A program made the translations under genes and the position numbers. Under the pieces are notes generated by a model, which was given only the letters and a program-made list of their open reading frames with translations, ran no database searches and had not been told where the DNA came from. A stretch of DNA of 61,317 nt, taken from the IMG/VR virus record IMGVR_UViG_3300024518_006364; one strand, 5' to 3'. This DNA comes from an uncultured virus (IMG/VR IMGVR_UViG_3300024518_006364) (lineage: Duplodnaviria > Heunggongvirae > Uroviricota > Caudoviricetes). Below, in pieces: positions 24,940-35,362 of the stretch; position 1 is the stretch's first letter; the number at the start of each line of letters is the position of its first letter.

Positions 24940-25482
24940 ATGAATGAGCACGAGAAACGGGCCTACGTGTATGGCGGGGTGCGGGCGCTGAAGGAAGCGG
25001 GCATTCTCTTCAAGGACATGGACGGGCAGGTCAAGGTGGCCCAGGTCTTCGGAGGAGACCCCTACGACATGTACGGGTACGACCAGTACGGCGCTGGGGG
25101 CGGCTACGACGGGGGATACGGGGCAGACTACGGTGGCGGCGACATGGGAGGAGGCTACGCGGACCTTCTGAACGAGTACTACGCCCAGATGGCAGAGCAG
25201 GGAGAGCAGGGACCGCAGGGACCCCCGGCCTCTCCAGGACTCTCGGCGCCTGCCGGGGCCGGAATTGGCGCTGCTGGTGGGGGCGTCCTGGGAGCCGGAC
25301 TCGGCGGTCTGGGAGGCTACTACGGGAGCAAGGCGGTCAACGACCTCTTCGGAACCGATGTCGACCCCAACACTCTTGCCACCATTCTCGGGCTCATCGG
25401 AGCCGCGGGGGGAGCAGGAGCAGGAGGAGCTCTCGGAGCACAGCATCTTCAGGGACTCGGGGCGACACAGCCCCAAGGTTAG
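24940..25482 (+). CDS. Glycine-zipper protein (VKVA motif)
   Basis: GAGGAG RBS; Gly/Tyr-rich region then GxxxG repeats. Confidence 0.7.
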   Translation: MNEHEKRAYVYGGVRALKEAGILFKDMDGQVKVAQVFGGDPYDMYGYDQYGAGGGYDGGYGADYGGGDMGGGYADLLNEYYAQMAEQGEQGPQGPPASPGLSAPAGAGIGAAGGGVLGAGLGGLGGYYGSKAVNDLFGTDVDPNTLATILGLIGAAGGAGAGGALGAQHLQGLGATQPQG

Positions 25483-27875
25483 TCGTCCTCGCCGCACTTA
25501 GCGTCCACCGGACGCACCACTTCCAAAGCGTCATTGAAACCCCGGTTCCGGGTGGGGTCTCCGGCGGTCCCTCCGAACTCCGCGATATCGGGATCCGCGA
25601 TGACCTCGAGATCCAGATCCTTGGGCTTGATGATGGGGTTGCCCTTGAGCGCAGCGTCGAAGGACCAGGCTTCCTCGCTGTTGTCCCAGATTGATGCAGC
25701 AGCGTCCTCGATGTCTTGTGCAGCGTCACCTACGATTGCGGCCTGTGCGTTGAGGGCGTCGGAGTTGAGGGGGATCGAGAAGCCGAAGATGGCTGCAATG
25801 AGCTTGACGAAGGAGTCCATGGCGTCGCTGCCCGCGACGAACATCACGCTGCCCACCAAAGTGTTGTCGTAGAGCGGGGGTTGACGCAGGAGCTTCTTTC
25901 GATCGCTATCCGAGACGGTTACGAGGGACGCATCGTACCGGCTGTTCTTGGGGTCCAGGCGCGGGTCATCCCACGTCAGGCGTTGAAGCTGAAACTGGTC
26001 GTCGGGGTCGAATGGTGGAACTCGCATGGAGCCTTGGATTGCCCGACGAATGGTGTCGTTGCCTTGCAGGCCGTAGAAGTAGAAGCCGTTGGCACTCAGT
26101 TGCAACAGCGTGGCCAGCAATTTTGTGAACTTGATTACGATGGCGGCAATTTCTTCCGCGAATTCGATCCACTTTCTTGCCAGGGCTGCGATGTCCTCGA
26201 TGATTTTCTTCAGGCGCCCCGCCGCGGCGTCTACGAGGGCTTCCAGGTCATCGAGGAAACCATACAGGAAGCGAATCATGTCCACGAAGGCGGGGAACGC
26301 AAACTCCCCGAAGGAGACGTCCAGCCAGTCAGGGGGGTTTCCTGTGGTGATGATGCGCACGACCGTGGTTCCCATGGGGAGCGACGCGGGACCGGTGAGG
26401 GGCGAATACTCAACAGGCCCCTGAACAACAGGAGCGCCCACCTGAGTTGGATCCAGGACTCCTCGGCGATACTGAAAGCGCATGGCGTATTGAACTTGGT
26501 ACCCGTCTTCTGCGAGGTTGTCCTCGGGAACGGAGAATGGCGCGCTTTTGTCGGTGTAGCGCGTGGGGGAGAAGAGAGACATGAGGCTTGTTGTCACAGT
26601 GGGTTTGAGCTCCTCACTGTAGATGCACCCCAATTCTTCGTGGCTGGATTCATTCAGAGGGGCGTCAACGGGCCCGACCCCCGAGGTGTGTTCGCGGATG
26701 TCCCCGTTGTAAATGGGCAGCGCGTTGGGCCCTCGATAGCGGAAGATCTCGGCAGCAGTGATTTCGTACTTCAAGCGCGTCTCGGTGTTCGTGAAAATGC
26801 CCGAGTCGAGGATCTCCTTTGGCCACGCCCACTCCAGTTGAGTCCACGCATCTCCAGGGCGACTGGCGGGAATCTTGGTTGCCTTGAAATCTGAAGGAAC
26901 TGGCACAGTGCGCTCAACGCTGTTGAGAGGCGATGTGGAAGCCCAACCCAAGTCCGCGAAGGTCTTGATGATTTCAAGGAAAGTGGTGATGTCGGAGGCG
27001 CCCCATACCAGACAGAATCCAGCGACCGCAGCGTTCTCGGCGAACTGGGGACGCGCCGAGTCAGCCGCGTCATTCAGGGAACCGAGATAGATTTGCTTCA
27101 GCTTGGCGAGGCCCCCGCGTGTTGCTCCGGGCAGCATGACATCGAAGATGTTGAACTTCAGATTCTCGACGTCCTTGAAGTCCTGATACCAACGTTCCCA
27201 GGCATACGTCGCGCCGAAGTTCCAGAGCGCGTAATCACTTAGGGACGGATGCACGGATTCGCCGCCCGAAGGATCGGCAGCCTCAACAAGACGCGCCACC
27301 GTGGAAAGGGACGCTTCTTCCGACAGGAAGATGGTGCCCTCTTTCTCTTGCAGGTGTCGCGCGAAGACGCGGTCGCGGGCAATGAGCGTGTCCTTGAACG
27401 AATCGAACAAGCGCCGCTTCGAGGCCTCGATGGTTTCGTGGGGGGTTCCCGTACTCACCAAACGCTGCGCGGGGATGATTGGAACGTAGAAGATTTTGAG
27501 CGGTGTCGTCAGCGATGCGAATACGGTGTCGAGCAAAGTGCGCACTGCACCGATGATGGCTTTGAGTGCGGTCGCGATGATGTCGAGAAGTCCGAGCAGG
27601 AACTTCTCCAGTATATCGAGCAGAGTCTTCACCGCCGCTAGGAATGTCTGGATTGTTTCCAACAGAACCAGAACAGGCTTCAAAGCGTTAGCGAGCTCTT
27701 TCCCTCCGGGGAGGGCAGGAGTGACTCCAGCATCCAACCACTTGTAGTCGAATGCTTTGAGCGACTCCTCGAACTTCTCGAGGAAGTCTTCTGTGTTTTC
27801 CCCTGGGATCGCAGTGACGTTGTTCGCGTCTGTCTGTGCTGCAATGGCTTCGCGAAGAGAAGTCATGCCTACCAC
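25479..27875 (-). CDS. Putative baseplate/tail-associated protein
   Basis: 798-aa ORF downstream of spike gene; paired amphipathic helical segments. Confidence 0.55.
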   Translation of the reverse strand: MVGMTSLREAIAAQTDANNVTAIPGENTEDFLEKFEESLKAFDYKWLDAGVTPALPGGKELANALKPVLVLLETIQTFLAAVKTLLDILEKFLLGLLDIIATALKAIIGAVRTLLDTVFASLTTPLKIFYVPIIPAQRLVSTGTPHETIEASKRRLFDSFKDTLIARDRVFARHLQEKEGTIFLSEEASLSTVARLVEAADPSGGESVHPSLSDYALWNFGATYAWERWYQDFKDVENLKFNIFDVMLPGATRGGLAKLKQIYLGSLNDAADSARPQFAENAAVAGFCLVWGASDITTFLEIIKTFADLGWASTSPLNSVERTVPVPSDFKATKIPASRPGDAWTQLEWAWPKEILDSGIFTNTETRLKYEITAAEIFRYRGPNALPIYNGDIREHTSGVGPVDAPLNESSHEELGCIYSEELKPTVTTSLMSLFSPTRYTDKSAPFSVPEDNLAEDGYQVQYAMRFQYRRGVLDPTQVGAPVVQGPVEYSPLTGPASLPMGTTVVRIITTGNPPDWLDVSFGEFAFPAFVDMIRFLYGFLDDLEALVDAAAGRLKKIIEDIAALARKWIEFAEEIAAIVIKFTKLLATLLQLSANGFYFYGLQGNDTIRRAIQGSMRVPPFDPDDQFQLQRLTWDDPRLDPKNSRYDASLVTVSDSDRKKLLRQPPLYDNTLVGSVMFVAGSDAMDSFVKLIAAIFGFSIPLNSDALNAQAAIVGDAAQDIEDAAASIWDNSEEAWSFDAALKGNPIIKPKDLDLEVIADPDIAEFGGTAGDPTRNRGFNDALEVVRPVDAKCGEDD

Positions 27876-28291
27876 CTGCTCGAAAAACTGTCGCGCGCAC
27901 GCGCCCGAACCTCTTTTTTGATTCGAGGCGCAGCCCGGGGTTCTCGTGCCTTTCCCCCGGGGCGGATCTGCAAGTTCCGGGTATTAAAGGAATCTTTCCC
28001 CTTTTTCTCCTCGGCGGGTTGGCCAATTTCTCCCGTCCGGGCTCGCTCCAATGCGAGATCGTAGGCGCGCTGAATTCTCGCTTTTTCCCCGGGAGATTTG
28101 GCACTTGCCATTGCTTGTCCAACTTGGCTCTGGATCTGTCCGCTCTGGAGGAACGCGAGCATTCTTCCAGGGAGCTGGCCCGTGGCCATGTGCGCCTGAT
28201 GCTTGCAAAAGGCAGAGGAGATTTCCAGAAGAGAAAGCAGCCCATTCAATGCAGGGGCCTTGGTTACGGATTGCCAGCCTGAGATGATCAT
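27869..28291 (-). CDS. Hypothetical protein
   Basis: TGATG overlap with spike gene stop. Confidence 0.5.
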   Translation of the reverse strand: MIISGWQSVTKAPALNGLLSLLEISSAFCKHQAHMATGQLPGRMLAFLQSGQIQSQVGQAMASAKSPGEKARIQRAYDLALERARTGEIGQPAEEKKGKDSFNTRNLQIRPGGKAREPRAAPRIKKEVRARARDSFSSRW

Positions 28292-29877
28292 CAGCTTACC
28301 ATCACAGCAACGCCCGTGGTCTGGGACGTGAAAATCTTGGCAGGTTCTCCGACGAATGGTTGTGTCACTGCGAGAGCAGATGGTGATGCAATCGGGGGTA
28401 GCGTCGGAACAGGGGGACCTGGAATCAAGGGGCCCGCTGCCAACTGGTGCGTGTGGGACAGGTTGTAGATCATCATGTTGGTCATAAAGATGAGCCAGTC
28501 CTGGGCATCCCACCGCACGGGGGGGACGGGGATCTTGCTTCCCTTGGACATCAAGTAGATGCCAGGGACTGCGGCCATCGCGTTGGCGTTGGGGTCCGCA
28601 GGGGTTCCCTCAATCGTAGGAGGCAAACCGGCGGGAGCCATCGCAGGCTTGGAGATGACCTGGAAGCGCCCGGTGGTTTGGGACCCGACAATGAAAGACG
28701 CGCTGCCGCCTTTCACGTCGCACATGAAGCTCGGAAACGCAGATGCGTCGAGGCCCGTTCCGATGGTGATTTTCTGGGAGCCTCCGGACACGCTGACGTC
28801 GTGTGATACCGATTGAGGTGTGGGAACTCCGAGAGCATTTCCGCTGGCCGACTGGGAGAGCGTCCCTGCGGATAGCTCCATTCGGGTATTTCCACTGAGG
28901 GCCAGAGAGTCAGTGGACATCTTTTTTTCGCCCGACCACCGCTCTTCGCTGCTGTCGCCGAGCGTGGTCGCCTTGTCTCTGTGCAGCGTGAGGGAAGGGC
29001 CGTCGTGGCGTTTGACGGTGGGTCCGTGCACAGTCCGACGGTATTCCTTGGACTCCTGGGAGAGGAGAGAGGGGGCAGACGACATGTTGATCCCGCCGTC
29101 GGCACCGATGTGGATGAACCCCACCTCTTTTCCGCTGCCGTCTTTCACGGCCGCGCGGATGAGCCCCCCGGAAGCGCCGATGTCGATAGCGATCAGATGC
29201 TCTCCCTCCCCCGTGGCGTTCTTGGAAGGGTTCGCACGAAGGATGAGAGATGCCCCACCGTTGTCGTTTTCTTCAATGTAGATGCGCCCCCAGGCGGGGA
29301 TGATATGGCGGAACTTGTTCGAGACAATCTGTACCGCACCATCAAGGGCATTGGTGACAATCTCCGCTGTCTTGCTCCCCCGCAGCATCGTGACGCCGTT
29401 GGACAGTACGGCAACCATGTTGCCCATGAAGCCACGGATGACGCGATCCCCTTCCTGCATGTCGTAGGGGCGCGTGCCGCGGTGAGAGACGTCATTGTCC
29501 TCCGCAGAGGATTGGGTCGACATCCCGACATTCGTGATATTCTCTGCGTCCTCGATTTGGTACGCCGCGGGATTGGCGCTTCCAGACTCGATCGGGAGGA
29601 AGAAGGAGCGCCCGTTTTCCATCTCGAAGATTACGACGCGTGTGTCCACGTCGTAGACGCGGATGTCGCCTTCCCCCCGTGCTCCCCCGCTGTCCCCGTA
29701 AGGGATGACGTCGTAAATCGGGGCTTCGCTGTTGTCCTTCAGGATGTAAGTGTAGTTGGTGGGATCGACTTCCGCGATGACGGCCTCGCGCGCCGCAACG
29801 CCCCCGCCGAGAGGAGCACGGGCTTCGCCCTCTTCCGGCGGTGTGTCTTGTCCGTGAAGTTCCCAGGCACCGCTCAT
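28291..29877 (-). CDS. Baseplate central spike (gp5/GpV-like)
   Basis: N-terminal OB-fold-like region, beta-repeat middle, C-terminal HTH (His-x-His) tip; follows tube gene. Confidence 0.6.
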   Translation of the reverse strand: MSGAWELHGQDTPPEEGEARAPLGGGVAAREAVIAEVDPTNYTYILKDNSEAPIYDVIPYGDSGGARGEGDIRVYDVDTRVVIFEMENGRSFFLPIESGSANPAAYQIEDAENITNVGMSTQSSAEDNDVSHRGTRPYDMQEGDRVIRGFMGNMVAVLSNGVTMLRGSKTAEIVTNALDGAVQIVSNKFRHIIPAWGRIYIEENDNGGASLILRANPSKNATGEGEHLIAIDIGASGGLIRAAVKDGSGKEVGFIHIGADGGINMSSAPSLLSQESKEYRRTVHGPTVKRHDGPSLTLHRDKATTLGDSSEERWSGEKKMSTDSLALSGNTRMELSAGTLSQSASGNALGVPTPQSVSHDVSVSGGSQKITIGTGLDASAFPSFMCDVKGGSASFIVGSQTTGRFQVISKPAMAPAGLPPTIEGTPADPNANAMAAVPGIYLMSKGSKIPVPPVRWDAQDWLIFMTNMMIYNLSHTHQLAAGPLIPGPPVPTLPPIASPSALAVTQPFVGEPAKIFTSQTTGVAVMVS

Positions 29878-29945
29878 GGTTTACCCCGTAAAGCCCTGAT
29901 ACGGACTGGGAACAGCTTACCAGATGTAGAAGTAGGGGACCAGGG

Positions 29946-30743
29946 CTACGATACGGGCTCCGACGTGGCGTGGTCGAAGTTCGTGCCCAGACCGCCGATG
30001 ATGTCATCTCCGCGGACGTCAGGCGACTCGGAGTCGATGTAGGCCTGGAGGCCTGCGCGGGACTCTTCGTCCTCCCAGCCCGTGATGTTCTCGGGATCGT
30101 AGGGCTTGGGCCGGTCGAAGATGATGGCGCAGTTCTCGGCCACCACGTTCTGCCCGCTGGCGAAGGCCAGATTCCAGGTCTGAATCGTGCACCGTTCGAG
30201 ATACATGCCACCGATGGGCACGCCGATCTTCGTGCGGAACAGGACGCAGAGCCCGAACGGAAGGCCGAACAGCGGGGAGTCGAGATCGCACATGAACAGC
30301 GACTCGCTCTCGGGTGCCAGCGCAGGCTCGTCCATGTCGCGGAGGAACTGGATTCCTGCGTCCATGTCCGTGCCGGTGCCGCCGCCGCCCAAGAACGCGA
30401 TCACGTTCTCGTACAGCTTGTACAGCAGGTTCCCGCGGTTGAACAGGAGCTTGGCCAGAGTCACGGAGTTCTGGGCCTTGGCCTTGCTGTAGAACTGTCG
30501 GTTCGAGCCGAGCGCCAGCAACGGCGTCGTCGGAGATGCCGACGCGACGTTGAACATCTGGAGCATGCCGAGAACCGACAGGCCTTCGATGGTGTTGCCC
30601 TCGGGGATGTGCGGGGGACCTGCCAGTACCAGTGTGTCCTCCGGGTGCGCCGTCATCAACGGTGCTGCGTCCATGGCCCGCTCGATGTCGGACTTGAACG
30701 CCCGCCAGGAGGAGGCTGCACGAGTGATTCCAGGAGCTGCCAT
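29946..30743 (-). CDS. Tail tube protein
   Basis: Immediately downstream of sheath; LGSNR..Y, YLE.C.I, V.EN..I.FDR pattern. Confidence 0.7.
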   Translation of the reverse strand: MAAPGITRAASSWRAFKSDIERAMDAAPLMTAHPEDTLVLAGPPHIPEGNTIEGLSVLGMLQMFNVASASPTTPLLALGSNRQFYSKAKAQNSVTLAKLLFNRGNLLYKLYENVIAFLGGGGTGTDMDAGIQFLRDMDEPALAPESESLFMCDLDSPLFGLPFGLCVLFRTKIGVPIGGMYLERCTIQTWNLAFASGQNVVAENCAIIFDRPKPYDPENITGWEDEESRAGLQAYIDSESPDVRGDDIIGGLGTNFDHATSEPVS

Positions 30744-30755
30744 GAGGATTCCTCC

Positions 30756-33700
30756 TTACGAGGTGGTGGCCACGAGGTGCAGACCGATCCGGTTCATCGG
30801 GCGCGGATAGGTCACACTCATGTTGGCTTCGACACGGTCCTGCGTTCCGGCCAGGCGCCCGAGCGACGAGATCGACGCCGCGGTGATGGGGGCACCCAGG
30901 AACGGGAGACTCTGGGCCTTGAGGTTGGTGGTCACGCCGTTCAGGCCTGCACGGATGAGGCCGACGGTGTCTGCTACCAGGTTGTATTTGCCGAGGAGGG
31001 CGTCCAGCTTTGCCTTGTAGGCCAGGGCGACGAAGTCGAAGTTCTTCACCACCGAGAACTCCTCGAAGTCGAAGACGCCGCTCTGGTGAGTGGTCAGCTG
31101 ATGCACGCAGTAGGGCAGGCTCTCGGTCGTGTCCTGCTGGAACACCATCCACCCGGCATTGCTGATTTCCGTGATCTCGTCGTCGCTGAAGTAGTCGGGC
31201 GCCGAGTTGTAGAGGCGATCGACGGCGGCGATGCCGAGATTGGTGAAACCCTGCTGTGAGGGCAGTCCGGCGACCATGCCGCCCACGACGCCTGCGAGGT
31301 AGAAGCCCTCGTGCGTGCCGCTGGCCAGGGCTCCGAGTTCGACGGCATCCGGCCACACGAGGACGAGACGCTTGGAGTCGAATCCTGCCGAGTAGGCCTC
31401 CAGGTAGTCCACCTGTTCGGACTTGGAGAGCGCCCGGCGCACGCGGTAGCGCACGTTCACGCGCCCCACCTGGAAGTGGCCGCCTGCGGCCTGGCTGTAC
31501 TTTGAGGGAAGTTCGTTGAGGTCCCGTGAAATGCTGGTATCGACCAGCAGCCGGTTCTCGTTGATCACGGATTCGACGTAGAGCGTGACGAAGTCATCGT
31601 CATCGTCCCAGTCAGAGATGATGACATCGGTGGTTCCGAGGGGAACAACGATCTCGAGGCGGTCGCCTGCGGCGACTCCGTCGGACACGAAGGACGCATC
31701 GGCGTTCCGCAGCTCGACGAAGCGTTCGTCGGGCGTCTCAGCGGTGACCAGATTGCCGTAGATCGGAGCCGACGTGGTTCCGAGCCCGATGAAGGTGTCA
31801 GCCGTCCCGTCACCATCCGTGTCGCGCATGATGTAGTAGGCGACGTTCTTGTCCGCGATGGCTTCGGGGAATCCTGCGCCCGAGACGAGAACGATCTCGA
31901 ACTCCTTCGGGCTGTTGACCTTCAGGATTTCGTAGGTCCCGACGAGCGAGGAGGCGCTTCCGGAACCATCCTGCACGACGAACAGGAAATCTCCTGGTGC
32001 AGGCTGCTCGTTGGTGTCCAGGCGGTTCTGGTACTGGTTGTCCTGCTCGCCCCACACCGGAGTGCCGACCGAGTCGTACTCGACCGCCGTTTCGTGGAGT
32101 ACCGTGTTGAGCATGTCACCCCACTCTGCGACGTTCGTGTCGAGGGTGACGGCGTCCCAGGCGCGGGTCGAGGTGTTGAACTTCTCCAGCTCGAAGTACT
32201 TCAGGCCGGAAAGCTCGGTAGCGAGTCCGTAGATGACCGTATCGGCGTCTCCCGTGAGCCCGTCAACGAGGGCTGTGGGTGCTGGATCGTCCTTCTGGGT
32301 GGTCGCTGTGACCAGGGCGTCGCCGCTGCTGTCGGTGACAGAGTCGATTACCCAGTCACCGTTGTTGGTGGCTTCGCCGCCTGTGTAGCCCGAAAGGGTG
32401 ATGACCCATCCTTCAGCGCCTTCGAGGACGGCGAACTTGCTGGGAAGCGTGATGACGCTGGATGTGATGGAAGCGCCCGTGACCGCACCGCCCAGAATGT
32501 CCGTGGCCGACATTTTCGCATCGAGGTCCAGGCCACCGCCCGCCTTGATACGGTAGAGCCCGTCGTCGGCGGAGGCAGGCGTTCCCCTGAACTGACCATC
32601 GATGATGAACCATTTCTCGTCATCAGCCGTGGCTCCCAGAGGGAGATCGAAGCAGGCGAGGAATTCGGCGCCGCCCATGAGCGATGCGTTGGAGCCGTTG
32701 AGAACGCTGATCTCGTTGCCTGCTTCTCGGGTCTGCCCCTTCTTGAACAGGGCGAAGTTGCAGACACTTGAGCCAACGCCCCACGCGGGCTCGACGCCAT
32801 TGATTTTGTGGAGTGCGGCCTTGTCCGTGGCAGGCATTGAGTCGATGACATACAGCCCGACATCGGCGGGGTCTGCTGCTTGCGTGACCAGGACGAGGTC
32901 ACCTGCGGCTCCAGCGCCTGCCCCGGTGTCCAGTGCGCTGTGTTCCAGTGACATGGTGCTGTTGCCGCCCACGTCGTTCTCACACACCCCGCTCTCCCAG
33001 ATTGTGGGGCTGTCGTTGGTGCCGCCGTAGGCCTGGTAACGGAGCGATGTGGTGTCGTCGACCGAGTCATCCTTGAAGACCTGGATTTCGGTCGGCGCGG
33101 TGGCTTCCTGGTAGGTGCTGCCGCCTTGGTAGGATCCGCTGACCAGGGGCGTTGTTGAGATGGGGCGGTAGGCTGGGAGTTCCCAAGCCCCGATCACCAC
33201 CCTGAAACGGGAGAGCTCGGGATCGGCCATGGCCTCGACGTGGGCCTTCCACATCGCCAGGACGCTGGTGTCGATCGTGGCAGGCACGATAGCATAGATG
33301 TCCTTGCGTGAGCTGATCGTGTCTCGTGCGAGGAGATACGCGACACCCAGGTCCGGGGTGTCCTCCAGATCATCCCCGTTGACACCGAGGGCCTGGAGCG
33401 AGGTGTTGGTGTTGGACAGTGCCGCAGCGGTCAACAGGGCCAGCGGGTTGTCCGGATGGATCTCACCCAGCTTGGTCGTAATGTCCGTGGGGCTCTCGAT
33501 GGTCTGGACACTCAGGGTGGTGGCGTCCTTCTTGAGGTCGTGGTGCTCGATGTAGATCTCGGCGTTCACGATCACCCGAGAAAAGTTGTCGAACAGGGTC
33601 TGACGTCCGCCGTCGATGGTGACGTAGTTGTCCTGCGGGTCGTCGTAGGTCCAGTCCGCTGCGGGCAACGAGACATCGTCGAGTTTGTGCATGACGTGGT

Positions 33701-35294
33701 AGGGCATCGACACGCCTGTTCCGAGGGAAACGGCATAGGTGCCGGTGAGGATGTTCAACAGATTGTACGAGCGCACACCGATGGTTCCTGCCACCTTGGT
33801 CTGTACTCGGGCACGGACGATGAAGCCCGAGATGTCGTCCGTCGTGGGGGCATTGGTCAGCGTGCAGGAGAAGCCGTCGAGGGAGACCTCGGTGATCTTG
33901 TTTCCTGCGGTGGTATCTGTGAATTCTTCGACCGGGGACAGGTAGCTCCCCACCATCTCGTCGACGAAGACCGAGTCGTCGGGGAGAATGACAGGGGTGT
34001 CACAGATCTTGAATGCAACCGCAGCCGCGTTGACAGCGAAGCCTCCGCCCGTGTTGAGCTTGTAGGCCTGGTTCGTTCCGCCTCCGGCCTCGACGGCGAC
34101 GATCTCGAAGACTCCGGGGTTCTCCAGGCCGTCGTCGACGATGAAGTACTTGCCGATGTTGTCGGGGTCGGCCGCGTTGTCCACGGCGAGATCGACGGAA
34201 CGGGAGTTGAGAGCGTATCCCGAAATGGGAACTTCGGTCACGGGACCGTCCGCTTCGGCGGTCTGGGCCAGGAAGGTTGCCGTTTTCGCCCCCGCGTCGA
34301 GGGCGATGGCGGCGTTGGTGAAGACCTTGAACGGAAGGGTGACCTCGGCGGGGAAGTCCGCGCCTTCCAGCGTTGCCACCAGGTCTGTGTACTTGCGGAG
34401 GATGGGGTAGACCCCGTCGTAGCCTGCGCCGACTCCTGCGATCTCGACGTACCCGCCGCCGGATGCGACATCGTCGAATGGATCGCCTGCGCTCGCGGTG
34501 ATCATGTTGCGCACGGGGGTGACTGACGCTGTGGTGCCGGGGGTGCCTCCCGTGGTGAACGTGCCTCCGCCGTCTTTGTAGACGACGATGACGGAAGTCG
34601 CGGCGGTCTTGACGCGCGCGAGGCCGTTGTGGTCGGCCACGCCGCTGCCCGCTACCGTCACGAGTGCATCTGCGGCGTAGGTGTCGAAGTCGCCTGGAAC
34701 GCCGGTCAGCGTTAGCTCATCTGCCGTTGCGCTGGGAGTGAGTCCCGAAACAGGGTCCATGTCCCCTGGGCCAAAGTCGAGTTCGGTGCTGCCATCGAGC
34801 TGATCGGCTTCGATCTCCGTCCCGGTGTAGGCAGGGAAGAGCACTACTGTATCGCCCAAGGCGACGTCGGCCGTGATGAAGTCCGTGTCCGCGTTGGGGT
34901 CGGAGCCTTCCTGCCTCTTGGGAGGGTTGCTTGCCGGAACTGAGAAGGCAGTGCCATCGGCGGCGACGAGACCACCTGTCCCGTGGGCTAGCTCGGCATA
35001 CAGCTCATCGAAGACGATGTCGATGCTGTCGGGCGCACCGCGGTCGGTTGAGACACGTTGGGGAAGGTCCCCCTCGTATGCTGTCTCCCCCACCTGGGGT
35101 CCTGCCGGGCGCAGACCGAAGGCCTCGCAGTCGAGGTCGCCGTAGTCTGTCACCTGGATGTCGGCCTTGTCGGTGGCGTAGTCCCAGAGGGCGTAGCAGG
35201 GGCCCACCAGGAGGCAGTTGAGGTCGGGGAGATCGACGCTGACCGTTACCGCCTCGAACTCCTGATAGATCAGAACCAGCGGGCGTTGTGACAT
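30756..35294 (-). CDS. Tail sheath protein (1512 aa, large insertions)
   Basis: RP.V.IYQEF N-terminus, NPLAL, PSQQGFTN, HQLTT, EFSVVKNFDFV, P.PMN.I.LHL C-terminus. Confidence 0.85.
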   Translation of the reverse strand: MSQRPLVLIYQEFEAVTVSVDLPDLNCLLVGPCYALWDYATDKADIQVTDYGDLDCEAFGLRPAGPQVGETAYEGDLPQRVSTDRGAPDSIDIVFDELYAELAHGTGGLVAADGTAFSVPASNPPKRQEGSDPNADTDFITADVALGDTVVLFPAYTGTEIEADQLDGSTELDFGPGDMDPVSGLTPSATADELTLTGVPGDFDTYAADALVTVAGSGVADHNGLARVKTAATSVIVVYKDGGGTFTTGGTPGTTASVTPVRNMITASAGDPFDDVASGGGYVEIAGVGAGYDGVYPILRKYTDLVATLEGADFPAEVTLPFKVFTNAAIALDAGAKTATFLAQTAEADGPVTEVPISGYALNSRSVDLAVDNAADPDNIGKYFIVDDGLENPGVFEIVAVEAGGGTNQAYKLNTGGGFAVNAAAVAFKICDTPVILPDDSVFVDEMVGSYLSPVEEFTDTTAGNKITEVSLDGFSCTLTNAPTTDDISGFIVRARVQTKVAGTIGVRSYNLLNILTGTYAVSLGTGVSMPYHVMHKLDDVSLPAADWTYDDPQDNYVTIDGGRQTLFDNFSRVIVNAEIYIEHHDLKKDATTLSVQTIESPTDITTKLGEIHPDNPLALLTAAALSNTNTSLQALGVNGDDLEDTPDLGVAYLLARDTISSRKDIYAIVPATIDTSVLAMWKAHVEAMADPELSRFRVVIGAWELPAYRPISTTPLVSGSYQGGSTYQEATAPTEIQVFKDDSVDDTTSLRYQAYGGTNDSPTIWESGVCENDVGGNSTMSLEHSALDTGAGAGAAGDLVLVTQAADPADVGLYVIDSMPATDKAALHKINGVEPAWGVGSSVCNFALFKKGQTREAGNEISVLNGSNASLMGGAEFLACFDLPLGATADDEKWFIIDGQFRGTPASADDGLYRIKAGGGLDLDAKMSATDILGGAVTGASITSSVITLPSKFAVLEGAEGWVITLSGYTGGEATNNGDWVIDSVTDSSGDALVTATTQKDDPAPTALVDGLTGDADTVIYGLATELSGLKYFELEKFNTSTRAWDAVTLDTNVAEWGDMLNTVLHETAVEYDSVGTPVWGEQDNQYQNRLDTNEQPAPGDFLFVVQDGSGSASSLVGTYEILKVNSPKEFEIVLVSGAGFPEAIADKNVAYYIMRDTDGDGTADTFIGLGTTSAPIYGNLVTAETPDERFVELRNADASFVSDGVAAGDRLEIVVPLGTTDVIISDWDDDDDFVTLYVESVINENRLLVDTSISRDLNELPSKYSQAAGGHFQVGRVNVRYRVRRALSKSEQVDYLEAYSAGFDSKRLVLVWPDAVELGALASGTHEGFYLAGVVGGMVAGLPSQQGFTNLGIAAVDRLYNSAPDYFSDDEITEISNAGWMVFQQDTTESLPYCVHQLTTHQSGVFDFEEFSVVKNFDFVALAYKAKLDALLGKYNLVADTVGLIRAGLNGVTTNLKAQSLPFLGAPITAASISSLGRLAGTQDRVEANMSVTYPRPMNRIGLHLVATTS

Positions 35295-35362
35295 TTCTTC
35301 GTCCTCCTGAGTCGTCCGGTCTTATCTTAAACCGGGCGTCTGGAAGCGTCCATTTTTTCCTA

